The translations under genes and the position numbers were made by a program. 43,017 nucleotides of DNA from Lenisia limosa (Eukaryota; Protista; Breviatea), in assembly GCA_001655205.1 (NCBI GenBank), contig LPNZ01011560.1, positions 1-43,017 of the forward strand, read 5' to 3'. The notes beneath the pieces were generated by a model that saw nothing but the letters and a program-made list of their open reading frames with translations, was not told the origin of the DNA and searched no databases. Positions 21,001-33,100 of the stretch are shown here, piece after piece. The stretch's first letter is position 1; every line of letters begins with the position of its first letter.

Positions 21001-23850
21001 AAATTTTGTTCATTTGTTATCTTACATGTCTAGGCCAATCTTTTTGGGTAGTATCCATCCAACAGCCTGCTTATATTGCACTCAAATGCTTCAAAAACGG
21101 TAAGAAGGGGCTGAATACATCTTTCCTTTGCCATTGACCTCTCTAACTCTGTAGATGTTCGATTACGATACTTGGTTGTGATCCAAGCTGCCTTTGAAAC
21201 TTCCCTATTTATATTTATTTTCAGCTGGGTTCCGATTTTGAAGACATTGGATAAGAGTAATGATGAAAGCGAGTTATCTCTTGGTGGGTGTATTACCACA
21301 ACCCAATGCTTGATGAATTATACTATCATATGATAAACTAATATGTATTCCGAACCAAATTATGACAGTTGTAGGACTGTTATTCGCAGCATCTATGCTC
21401 TCAATGATTTTCGGTTCCATTGCTTCGCGCTACTTCTTCAATACGGTGAGAAAACAATAATTGCAATGTGCTCTTTGTTACAGTATTTTGAAAAATTGTT
21501 TTAATGATTATAGGGGCTTGAGAATCGTACTGGTCTATCTCATGGGGTAAGGCAATTAAAGATAATAGTCATCTTCAGTCTGTTCTTGTGGTACCTCTTG
21601 CTCTCTCATTTGCTGCGTTCGTAATTTTGCCATACACAGAGGTGAACTTGGGGATATATTTCATTCAGAACAACCCTTCTCGTCTAAAATGTTTTATGTA
21701 TTCAGTCCATGCTTGTCACTATTACGTCTTATATGATCTTTGAAGCCGCGGCAGGAATGTATTACGCTATCATAGGTTAGCACTATCACATATGACAGTA
21801 ACTTTGCTTCTTTCAATCTCACTTCAATAGGAACTGTTCGGACAATGATCATTGTCGAAGATGTCCGATCATCCATTCTCTGTCTATTAAGGTATGTTTT
21901 TATGCATCAGCATCAGGGTGTTTGAGAAAACTTTTTTTCTACATTTCTTCTTTTTATTTTTTCAAAACTATGTAGAATTTTTTGAAGAAACGTAGATGAT
22001 ATATTGAAATTAGGATTATAGAGATTCGGCGGTTATCTACACAAAGAGAAAGCACCCAACAGAAAACGACAGAAAAAAGAACAAAAAAAAAAGACAAAAA
22101 TAGATTATTTTTTTAAAAAGGACAAAAATAGGGTATATTTATGATGTATTGAAACTGAAAAAAAACACAAAAACAACATAAATAGAAAAAAAAATTGGAA
22201 AGAACAGAAAAAATTTGAAAGCACAATTAATTTTTTATAAAAACACTCAGTACAAAGGAAAAGTAAGAAAAAATCTACAGTTAGGTGACTTGTGGCTGCA
22301 AGGGAAGATCTTGACATGGCGGGTCTGGGCACTAAAAAGTGCAAACCTTTTTACAGGTTTCAGGAAAACGTAACTTCCGCTCGGGGTGGAAGTGGGTGGA
22401 GTGGGAGTGGGGGGGGAGAGAAAGATACAGCCGTGTGGAGACTGAAGAGGAGCAGTGTAGGAAGATGAAAATATATCTGGTGAAGCTATTCTCGGTCAGA
22501 TAATTGAGATAGTCCCGCATAGAGGAAAACATCGTCCTTAGGGGAGCGATTTTTGATTCCGGTCGGCTTTGAATTTGAGACTACCAATTTTGTCTTTCCG
22601 ATATAGTGTAGTCGGTAACACCTGGCGCTCTCACCGCCATACCCGGGGTTCGATTCCCCGTGTCGGAGTTTTTTTTGTCTTTCCCCCTCTTTTTTTTCTC
22701 TTTTTTGTGGCCTGGGGGCAACACCCGAGAAATACTCTGAGGGTTTTCGGTCGCGGAAAAGCACGCCGCCGGTGCGGCCGGAACCTGCGTCGGTGCAGAA
22801 GTCAGCTTGAGACTGTCGGCAATTTCGGCAATGTAGCGGGATATCTCGAGCTGGTTTGACCAGTCAGGGTTTCGAAGGAACTCGCAGAAAATGCATAATT
22901 TTTCGGTAGCGGTGTTTGACAGTGATGGAGTCCAGGCCCTTCTTGTGTAAGCGGGCATGTTAAAGAGTGGAGCGAGAGTGGGCATGAAATTTGGCGCCGC
23001 AGGACGGCCTATTAAATGATGATTTTTGTGGGGCGTGTACATGTCGTGGCCGATACCCAGGAGTTTTAGGTTTTGGCTTGGGGGGGCTGACTTTCTTTGG
23101 GGCAGCACGGACACCGATAACAAACCATGTCATTAGGAGGTCTGATCGGCCGGTGGGCTGAGCGGTAAAGAAATCCAGATAGCACCCCGTGGAGTCGGTG
23201 TGGATGAAGGGGAGAGATGTCGGCGCCGGTTTTGAAAGCGCGTATGGCGTTACACCAGGCCTGGAGGGCAGCGAGTGGAAAATGCGGATAATCGGGATTT
23301 TTCTTGGTTTCCCTGTTAAAATTTGACAGTTTCAAGAGTTTCCACACGTTTCGAACAATTCAATAATTATTCCCTCATTTCCCTTATTATTTTTCATCAA
23401 GGGTTCGTCGTCAATCCTGCTCATTATACTTTTCAATATGATGTTTTTGCATCATTACTGTGGTTTAATAGACGAATGGTTTCTTCTGCCTACCTGATCA
23501 TTTAGACTGCCATCCCATTTCCTTGGTGTTGCGATTCTTATGGTTTGCGTTATGAAAATATGTTGATTTTTTATTTTATGGATATGATTAGTCATATTTA
23601 CTTTCCATCGAGTTTTGACCATCCCAGATGCCCAATGTTGGCGAATACTTCTATGTTCAGTGTTCGGCGATTCTTTTATTGATAAGCCTCTGCATCCTCC
23701 CCTTCTTTAAGAAGGCTGTTGAGGATGTACACGAGCACAAATCCAGGTTAAGGTTTGCAAAGTTGAATGTTCAATCCATTGTTTTGTGACATTTTTTTAA
23801 ACTGTTTACTACCTTTGATAGAGTACCCATCTGTGAAATTTATTTATGTA
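18065..23850 (+). CDS. MFSD5: MFS transporter of the MFSD5 / molybdate-anion transporter (DUF791) type, multi-exon
   Basis: Spliced motifs: EWVQGGYLYALYDSYGL..HEIAFLFVVG; GSLADRLGRK; LLGRVFTGVSTSILFTVFEAWMVGQH; YLGPFAAG...TWEE; LRYLVVIQAAFETSLFIFIFSWVPIL; IFEAAAGMYYAIIGTVR....EDVRSSILCLLR|LPSHFLGVAIL. ATG at 18065. The last exon is uncertain. Confidence 0.88.
19066..19480. mobile_element. Possible degraded TIR element filling most of an MFSD5 intron
   Basis: Left end GGAGGATAATTATTTGCGG versus reverse complement of right end GGAAGAATATTTTTTACCGG. The flanks gttatact and gttaaccc partly match. Confidence 0.3.
22597..22668 (+). tRNA. tRNA-Glu (anticodon CTC), intronless, nested in an MFSD5 intron
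   Basis: 72-nt cloverleaf: acceptor stem TCCGATA/TGTCGGA, anticodon arm TGGCG-CTCTCAC-CGCCA, T arm CGGGG-TTCGATT-CCCCG, discriminator G. Confidence 0.96.
22669..22676 (+). terminator. RNA polymerase III oligo-dT terminator
   Basis: T8 run immediately 3' of the tRNA. Confidence 0.85.
22700..23330 (-). other. GC-rich, intron-free ORF-like block antisense within the MFSD5 intron; possibly a decayed mobile-element fragment
   Basis: Overlapping open frames (track ORFs 23066-23347 and 22581-23123) and a sharp composition shift relative to the AT-rich intron. No diagnostic domain confirmed. Confidence 0.35.
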
Positions 23851-24199
23851 GGTCAAAGAGTGAGATATAATTTAGGATTTGCGCTCTTTTTTTGACATCA
23901 AAGTAGGTAGAACCGTTTTAAATGAGTGGATTATATCAATATCTCCTGTTCTCATTGCTAAGGTGTTGTTACCATGAGACCCCAAGTTGCGTTGAAGATT
24001 TCGTCTTGCGTGGAAGATGTTAAGTCAAATGTAGTTTCGGGCGGATTCATTGTATTATAAAAGGTTGCATTCATTGATATCTGCATAGAGTATATAGTAT
24101 ATTACATATAACATACATATCATATATATATATACACATGATACTCTATTTTTGATATCATATTATACTATATGATATATCATCAAGATTTCTACTTTG

Positions 24200-26486
24200 A
24201 ACACGTGTTCATAGATTATTGATTTCTTGATGTCTCAAGAAGAACAGCAATACAAATTGGATACTCTTGACAATTGCAAGTAATACGAGAATAAAAATAC
24301 ATACCGAAAGAATACATAGCATACAAGAAACATTATTTTAAATAGACCTGGTCAAACCTTTTCAAGAGCGACTGAGAGGTGGCAAGATGCGGATGAAATG
24401 TGAACGTTGCGACCTACAGAAGTCACAGAAATTGCAAAACAAATAAAACAACAAAGGATATCTTCGAGATCGATACCTGGTAACACACAAAACACCGAGC
24501 CTTGAGAGATTTTCGTTTCAACAGAATTCAGTGTAATAGTTGCGGATCCTTCCAGACAAAGCCATAGAGATGGGACAGAAAGTGGAGCAACAGAAATTTC
24601 TGGAATGGATTAAAGGGGTTTGACTTTTTGCGTTCAAAACTGCTCTTACTTTCATTTTGAATTTGAGCCACACGAAGTTCAAACTCCAAAACCGAATGGG
24701 GTGGTCGGAAAATACCGAAACCGGGCCATCCTGCTTGGTGAGAGGTCCAGTTTTCATTTCTTTTTGGAGCAAAACACAGAAAACATGCTATCAAGAAATA
24801 ATTTTTTTTTAGATATTTCAATCTTAATCGATTTCAATACCTGAAATGCGATTCAGAAAACCATCCAACCCTCAATAGCTTCTTCATGGACGTAATTTGG
24901 CTCTTCCCAATCGTACGTCAGCATTGTTGTGAGGTTCTCAGCGTCAATAAACTTACCGGTAAGGCCAGCACGCACAACATTATCAGACTCCGCCATGATC
25001 TAATGTCCATAATCTCTTTGCAATGTTTTAAACAAACTCTCATATGGAGAAAATATAGCATCAAAACACATTATTGCAGCGGACAAACCTCAACACAGTC
25101 TCCATGAAGATAGGCGTGGGGCACATTTGGGGGCAGGAAAACAGTTTCTCCAGGTTGAAGAGTGACATGTCTGAGGAACATTGAAGCAATGAGTCCGACA
25201 TCACAGTCTGAAAAGTGACAACTCCTTTCTTCATGTGAAGAGGTTGGGAAATATCGAGATTCCCCAAGAATTAAGTACCCATCATAATCAAAAACTGTAG
25301 AAGCCTAATGTACCCGGATGGTCGCGGTGCAGTTTCATCAAAAGCAGGTCCCTTTTTGACGGGTTTTTGACCTGGGACACACGCTCTATTAAAGCTGTAA
25401 TGGCCTAAATGGATAAGAATGACTCTTCAAATAGGTTCCCCTAAGTCCAAACGTCCCACCTCCACAATGGAAGTGCGAGGCGCCTGAAACACGGAAGAGA
25501 AAGCGTTCTAGAATGCATTAAAGGGGCTTTACACTGCACATTCCAATCATATTCAAACAGTGGGTTTGTTGTATTATTTTCATTTATGGCGGGATTGCTG
25601 AGTCAGAAACCATGGGAACAAACTTTGAGGACAGAGCAGTCGGCGTTGGCGGACTCGAGAGCGCGAACAATATCCGGAGAAACAACACTCAAAACTTCGG
25701 GATTACTTCGCAGTTCGTTGGCAATTTCATGGGGAGGTCTTGGGGATAAAACTACACCCAGGCGGGTACAAACCTGAATCCACACAGCGCTTGAAACTCG
25801 GTCAGGGCCAACGTCATTTCTGGCTTGTGGTTGTCGTCCTATTGGTGAGAATCAGGTGAAGGCCACACCTTATACTGCTTAGGGTTAAACTTGTGTAATT
25901 GCTCTGCCAATGCTTTGTCGGGATGGGCTTGAATGGAAAGGGCTTTTTCAACTGAAAGTACCTGCAAGTTAAGAAGCACAACCTGAGAAATGGAATTTTT
26001 TTTTTTTGCTAGACCATATCTGTTTGTAACCTCAAATACCTTGAAAAGGAATGGGAGCTTATTAGGTAGTCCTTTGTTTTCTAGCCAAGAAGAGAATGCG
26101 ATATTGCTGTCTTTCTGGGTGGTAAGAGACACTTATTTGGCTGACTTGCATAAATCCATATCATCAATAACGGGTCACATCAAAACACCATACCATCATA
26201 CCATCTTCGAAGGGCCACTGGGGTGAGTTCCCATCCAGAGTTCGGCACATGGGGACGCTGAAGTATCATGACTACAGTGTTAAACTATGTTAAATGTGAT
26301 GGAACCATATAAAGAAATGATACTACTAATAAAGTCTCTGAAGAAATGGGAAACTAAAACAGTCCAATATATTATCCAAACTCAAGTGAAATCACTTGTA
26401 ACAGACCTGAGTTTGCCCACAAGCCCCGAGTGTGCCAACTGGCCCCATGGGTAGTGCTGAACTTTGCATGCAAGAAAAGCCGCCAT
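24200..26486 (-). CDS. MPI: Mannose-6-phosphate isomerase (type I PMI), multi-exon; 3' end approximate
   Basis: [11 protein letters not shown]; [14 protein letters not shown]; LPFLFK|[23 protein letters not shown]; [22 protein letters not shown]; [24 protein letters not shown]; [17 protein letters not shown]. Confidence 0.96.
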
Positions 26487-27019
26487 TTGTCTGAGACGTT
26501 GAAAAAACGATGGAAGCTTTCCGAGGGCAAAAATATGGTGCTCACCTTTAACTTGCTTCCTTGCCTCTTGGAGATAAATTGTGGACGTGTGGTGGTGGCT
26601 TTGAACAGAGGCGAAACAGAAACAACCAAACTTTTGTGGTTGCTTTCCCAATATATTAATTTGTTGTTCTGTTTTTTTTGTTTTGTGTAGTTGTTTTGTC
26701 AAAAGGTGCGAAAGTGGCAAAAGGGGTTGAAAAGGGCGGTCGGTTTGCGCTCTTGCGTGTGCGTTGACAATTTAAGTTCAGCATGAAAAATAGCAGTTCA
26801 AAACAATTGTTTCAGTTGTGGTGTAATAATTGAATCATTGTGTCGTCAGAATTGTGTTTTTGTATTTTTTTATTTGAAGAAGAATCGAAATATATGCCCC
26901 CTGTCTGAGAGGCCTTCCACGTTCGATCTTTCAATTTGAGAAGGCATCAAGGGGGCCAGTTGCAGAAATATAGTAAACGAGGCCGACAAAGACTTTGAAG
27001 ACTTGGAAGTTGGCGCACA

Positions 27020-29714
27020 ATGCAGCGAGGAGGGTCTTTCCGCAATGCCCCATCCTTGGTGTCGCATCAAGTCCTTGTGAGGCAGCAGGTACGATGGACT
27101 GTTTGAGCAGGTTTATGATTTTGGATTGGATACGTTAGACCCTCAAGTCAATATTAAAAGGATCGATTTGAGATGTGAATGTTGGTGCGCACCAAATAAA
27201 CCGATTTGAACAAACTCACATTTGTGAAAAACTAAATAGGTTCAAATCTTGTGTAATTCTAATTTTCTAACTTCAGAATATTGGCTTTTTGTTTGGATTA
27301 TTTTCGTGTCTTGGCAAAGATTTTTCATAAATCACCCCCTCCCCTCCAGTCCGTTACACAGACGCCGCCCTCAAGGTCACGTTCCAGGTCAGGCAGTTTC
27401 CAGGGGCCAGTGCAGCCATTGACCAGACAAAAGGTGGGAGGGGGAATGGGACTGGTGAGAGTGGCTTCATCAATGGTGGTGAATTAGCTCTGTTCTCCTT
27501 TTCTGATCATCTCAGACCACTGAAAGAGGTAGCAGTAACAACAATATTGCCACCCCAGTTGCAGCAACAACGGAAGCTGTGATGTCTCTGGGTAAGTCAG
27601 GCATTATAATATGATCTTACGATATTAGAGCAAGAAGAGCAGATGGAGTGGATGAATCGAACGTTCCGATCCGACTTCCACCGTTTTACTGTTTGGCTCT
27701 CCACGGTTGGTGGTGAAGGTTTTGACTGCAAATTTACGTCATCAGAGGCAATGGCTCAACACCACCATTATTCTGGTCATTCTTCTCAACGCCTTAACTG
27801 TCGCTATTCAAAGGTGAGAGACTATCATAACTTTGCATTCATTGTTTTAGTGAAACTTCCAAAGGCAGTTACCTGGCTGAGATTATTGAAGTTATCGACT
27901 ATGTTTTCCTCACTATTTATACTTTTGAGTTTCTTTTGAAGGTCTGTATGTTGCTTCTTTAAAATGCTTCTTTTTAGAATTGGTGCTGTTCCTTTAAGTT
28001 GTTTTTCACCTACTTAACCTGAAATTTCCTCAAAGTGTTCAGGTGTATGCTGAACCCAAGGGATATTGGTCAAACGGGTATAATCGGTTCGATTTCTTTA
28101 TCCTCCTGGTGTCATATTTTCTGGTGCGTTTGGTTTCAAGGCTTCCTTTCTTGTCTTATTGTCAGTTCGGTTCTAAAGCGCAGGAATATGTCACTCTTTA
28201 TGTAATAATTCAGATTGTGTTCTCAGCCCAGTCATCTGGTGGCGATTTCACTTTTATTCGAGTGATTCGAGGTATGGGTGCGATGGATTTAATTTTTATC
28301 GGAGGTAGATAAAAAGAGTTAAAAATTATTCACAATTTGTTTTTATTAATCGTGCACTTTATTTTTTAAAAAATCAATTGTGCCTTCAGGTCGATGGCAA
28401 TTCGGGGTATTGAGGATGATCTGACTTTGGCAGCACTTAGAGCTCTGAGAGCGCTTCGATCCATTTCGTTTGTCAGGTTAGCAAGGAGTATGTCCAGATT
28501 CGTCATTTATATCTCATTTCTACACATATATATTGTAGACTTTGATCATTATTTCCTGTAGATGATTTATCAGTAATGGTGGACCTGTTCATAACCATGA
28601 TTTACCAGGTCGCTTCAAGTTATCGTTACGGCCTTGTTCCAGACCCTTATTGATGTCCTGAACATTTTGAGTCTAATGACACTCATCATTTTCGTCTTCG
28701 GAGTTGTTGGCTTCTACCTCTGGGGGCATGATAATGGTAGGGCGTGCCAGGTGTGAGATTTTACGTTGCAGGCGGCGATACTGAGAGGTGGGGCACACTG
28801 CCAGACGCTATGTGGACGCTGTTCGCCTTCGTGACGGTGGGTGTTGACCTTTTTGGCAATTTCAATATGAGAGGAGGAGGGTAGGGTTTGTGAGCTGTAG
28901 TATCCCCTCCCCTCGATTATCTAATAGAATCCCACACACGCAAATAGGGAACTGACCATTAGGCCGACGGGTGGACAGACCTGCAGGCCGAACTCGACGA
29001 CCGTGGCTTCCAATACGCCCGCCTATACTCCATCGTCTTCATCTTCATGGGCCACTTTGTGTTCATCAATCTCTTCATTGGTGTGATTATTCAGGTAATG
29101 AAGTTTTTTGGGAACAGAAGTACAATATTTCCTTTAATACCATCTAGAATCTTGACGAAGCGACAGAAGAAGACAGAGTTGAGCGGAAGAAACGAAGAAC
29201 AGAAATTGTCCGAAGGAAGAAAGCCCTTGTTGCCCAGCGCCAAGCAAAGGAGTTCCAAAGGGTTCTCGTACATAAGGTTGGCCACTCGTTGTAGTTGGAA
29301 TGTTTTGCTCGCTTTGGTTTTCTCTTCTATCATGTCACAATTGTCACAGTGTAGAATATGACAGGACAAAAGTCGTCAATGCAGGACCTTCTGAGAAAAC
29401 TGGTAGGTGCTTCTCATTTCAACGATGATAGTATTTTTTCCATTTTCAACACAGGGCGATTTCTGACCAACAGGCCGGCCATTTGCGGCATGATGACGTT
29501 GTGCCTGTTCGGAACTTGTCATGCCATTTGTCATGGTTGGAGACGTATTTAGCTGCTCTCGATCATCGAGAAAACTCCCTCTACAAGCTACAGCAACTCC
29601 ATTTTGAGGTGGGGACTTTGGCTTTTGTTATTTTAATCAAGCCAAGTACACTTAAGTTCATGCTTTCAGTTGGCTACAACTTTGGCTGAACTCACTGAAA
29701 GAAGGTTAACCTAA
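27020..29714 (+). CDS. CATSPER3: CatSper3-like six-TM cation channel pore subunit, multi-exon
   Basis: S1 LNTTIILVILLNALTVAIQ; S2-S3 IDYVFLTIYTFEFLLK|VYAEPKGYWSNGYNRFDFFIL; S4 FIRVIR|ALRALRALRSISFVR; pore TLFAFVT|ADGWTDLQAELDDR; S6 FIFMGHFVFINLFIGVII; C-terminal YLAALDHRENSLYKLQQLHFE. DGWTDLQ..LD and YW.NGYN match recalled CatSper3 motifs. The first exon (ATG 27020) is tentative. Confidence 0.85.
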
Positions 29715-30190
29715 TATGTTTCCAACGTTTTGATCGCTCTCAACTCACAATCGTGTTGAAGGCTTTGTTATGGTATTGCAGTGGTATTGTTTCTTATTTA
29801 TTTCTAGCTTCTATGGTCAAAAAAGATATCCAATCAAATTCAATATCTTGTCAATATCATACTAAGCATATGAAAATGTGAATTATGTGACGAAAATCTG
29901 CCGACAAAAAATGCATAACAAGGCCCAAGCTGAGCACCCAGGACCGGGACAGTGACAGTGGGGACGTTCCCTCCCACCCCTCCCAGCAGCTCCCAGACCC
30001 CTCATTTCTAACCAGCTTCCAACCAAAATTTATATTATTCATATTGAGAATAGCAAGCATCTTGCATCATCAAGGCATTTCCCCACTCCTCCACTCCTTT
30101 CCGTTTCCGCTGGCCGTACATCACCATGAAGAAAAGATAGATAGATAGCTTCCAAGGCTATTTTAACACGTTTTAAGCCTTTTCTTGAAC

Positions 30191-33100
30191 ATGGACTCGC
30201 TTTCTCTTGATGAAAAGGCATCAATCTTCACGCTCTTCGCAGCAATCCTCGAGAGGTACTTCCCTCCACAGAAGCCACTCAGCCCAAAGTTAGTTGAAGC
30301 TGACCCTCTTAAGGCTCATAGTCTCGCTGAAGCTGTGGAAGGTTTGCTTTCGGTATTTTTTTAGCGAAATATGTAACGAAATGCTAAATACACAGATATT
30401 AATGCTGAATGGAGAATTTGTTTCTTTGGCCTTGTCTGTGACCGACTTGGCTTCCCTCCACCGCCCTCCCCCCCACTCAATGATAAGTCCATTCTGTGCG
30501 TTCGATTCTCATCAGACCAGCTCAAAGACTGCAGTTTGTGGTGCTATATAATTACAGCGGCCACGAATATTTGGATGTAAATGACATAGCATTGAATCAT
30601 ACTTTGTATTAATTTGTATTTCACGAAATTGAAATTGCAAGGGACAGAGAATAGTGATCAGTATTGTGAGCGAGCGCGAATATTTCTTTTCATTTAGAAT
30701 GTCTTTTAGTTATATTTGAAGTCAAAACGCAGCTTTTACATTGTAGATGAGAGTCATCTTGAGGCAGTAGCAACAGGAAAAGGCTTAACATGGCATCCCG
30801 GTGCCTCAGTTGAATGGAAGAATTCAATCTTTGGTTCAAACCCAATGTGGACGGACAAAAATGGTTTGCTTTGATTTTGTAATGAGAACAACGAAAGTCT
30901 ACTTTACAAGGATCTGATGAACAGTCTACTTTTGGCAAGTTATTTAGAAGAAAGGTTGTTCAGATCCAATTGAAAGAGAGAGTTTATCATTCAGAAAAAA
31001 GAGTCATCTAATGAAGTTCAACCCTCTGCTACCCATTTGGTAAATGTGTTCTTCTAACTTAGAATCTGAATGGGGTTGAGTTGAGTGACAAAGTGAAGTG
31101 GTTGATATTTGCAGACCTCACACGATTGGTGATTGAACGTTATTGGGAGGGGTGTTGTCATACTATTGTTGATAGATGTTATGGGCTCAAAGCCTTCTGT
31201 CGTATAATTGATAAGATATGTCATATACTATACAGCCACAACTGTAACAATAATTTTCTTTATTTTCAAATGCGTTGGTGCCTCACCTCTAAGTTGATGG
31301 TACTTATGACGCGCGCACCCGATTTGTGCTGAGAGTGGCTGCTGACTGGCTTGATATCCAATGGGGTGTGCATGGGTGTTTAGCATCAGTAATAGATTAA
31401 AACCCTCATTTATTTTATTTTCACAGACTGATTGATACTTGGAGTCTGATTTTTTGTTTGTTTATTTGTTTGAAAGTCTTTTATACTGTTACTTTGAGAG
31501 GAAGCATCCTTGCTGCAGAGGCTGCTATTGCGAGTGCCATTTTGGAAGGAGAGCCGATTGAGAAAAACGAAGTTGTTGCTGACAAACAAGCCTCACGATG
31601 GAGAAAGACTAAAATAGGTAAGCTGTCTTCGTTATAGTCTTCCTTCTCCATAGAATTATTAGTTTTCAAGTGATTATGGTGCATAGTCTTTAGCATTTAC
31701 TTGGCATTAGCTTTTCCCTGTTTTATAATTGTTTTTTATTAACACTACGTATCATATGATCATTAAGCATATTTCCCGATATGGAAAGGAATTGAGCATG
31801 ACGACGTTTTAGGATTCGCAGCCTTGGGAGGGGCCATTGCCGTCGGTCTCACAGCGGGTGCGGCGGCTCCGATGGTAGCAGTCGGATTGGCAGCCTTGGG
31901 TGGTGCGGCGACTGCTGTCACTCTTGCAAGTTGGCCTTTGTTGCTGGTATTGACCACCCAGGCTCATCATTAATTATGGGTTCTCTCTTTGGAGCGGGTG
32001 GAGCAGGACTTGTTGGTTACAAGGTTGCACACAAGACGGATGAAGTATCAGAGTTTGACTTTGTCCCTTTGGGTGGGAAAGGACTTTCCGTTCGCATCGT
32101 GGTCCCCGGCTTCATAGACCAAGACTGCCCCCTGGCGGTGTTAACGGTAGGTTCTTGGATCCTGTTTTTTTGACTTTCCAAGGAAAAAAAGATGAAAGAG
32201 CGAACAGACGAGACGGATTCGGGTTTGCTAATGTTGTGCTAATAACTATAGCTGATGCTTCCGTTCCTTCAGAAGACAGTGATGAGGGATACGATCTTTG
32301 GTCACAGGGACCTAGGGGACCTGAGGAGGATGAAACAGCTGTTCCTGACTTTTCGATGTTTTGGCATCAGGTATGAAGGTGTTCTTTGGGTTGACCTTTT
32401 CAGCTGCTGCCACTAGACCACCCGGTCGAGGAAATTGGATTAAGATGGGAAGGAGATCTTTTGAGAGCGTTAGCTTCTGGTAAGATTGCATTATATATAG
32501 AGCTTCCCTACGATAAAAGACCGTTAAAATATCGATATTTATCTAGGATATATCGAGAATTCAGTCTTTTTTGCGATATCTATTGCTATAATAGATTGTG
32601 ACCAACACAGGTTTGATGCAAACGTTTTCTAAGTCAATTGCCCAAAGTGTTGCTTACCAAGGAGCACTTCGGTTTGTTCTTTGAGTTTATGTTACTATTT
32701 AGCTCCACTGCGGGCATTCTGTTGGCATCCTTGGCATGGCCAGTTGCCCTTCTTTCAGCTGCAACTCTGATTGATCGACCCTGGGCATTGGGTAAGTTAC
32801 AACAATTTGTTGGGGAAATGAAGATTTTATAGTAATGTCATTGTAGGGCTGGATAGAGCGGATAAAGCAGGCCGTATTCTCGCCGATATTTTGACAGTGA
32901 GAGCTCAAGGTAGTCGTCCTGTAACACTTGTTGGATACAGGTATGCTGAAAACTTGTTTATGATGGTTCTGTTTGTATTGTTTCCATTGTTATGAATAAG
33001 AGTAATGATTTTCACACATAAATTATTGATGGTGATTTTTTTGCCTTTTTGATAGTAGCAGTGTTGGAGCTAGATTGATCTTCCAAACATGTCGCATTCT

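Noticed and set aside
21913-23315. CAGGG...CCCTG as possible hAT TIRs enclosing the tRNA
   Set aside because: The match does not extend beyond 5 bp and there is no TSD (atcagcat versus ttaaaatt).
26487-27019. RFX X-box upstream of the flagellar CatSper3 gene
   Set aside because: I found no convincing GTTGCC-AT-GGCAAC-type palindrome in the divergent spacer.
26900-27100. Minus-strand peptide MGHCGKTLLAALCA resembling a P-loop
   Set aside because: The frame is short and stop-bounded, lacks a proper GxxxxGKT context, and is antisense to the likely first CatSper3 exon.
28391-28407. 17-nt AG/GT-bounded segment as a CatSper3 micro-exon
   Set aside because: Including it breaks the S4 frame; skipping it gives an intact RVIRALRALRALR.
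29857-30938. Minus-strand track ORFs suggesting a separate gene between CatSper3 and TMCO4
   Set aside because: From 30191 onward the plus strand gives a coherent spliced TMCO4 N-terminus, so these ORFs are antisense shadows. The remainder shows no coding signal.
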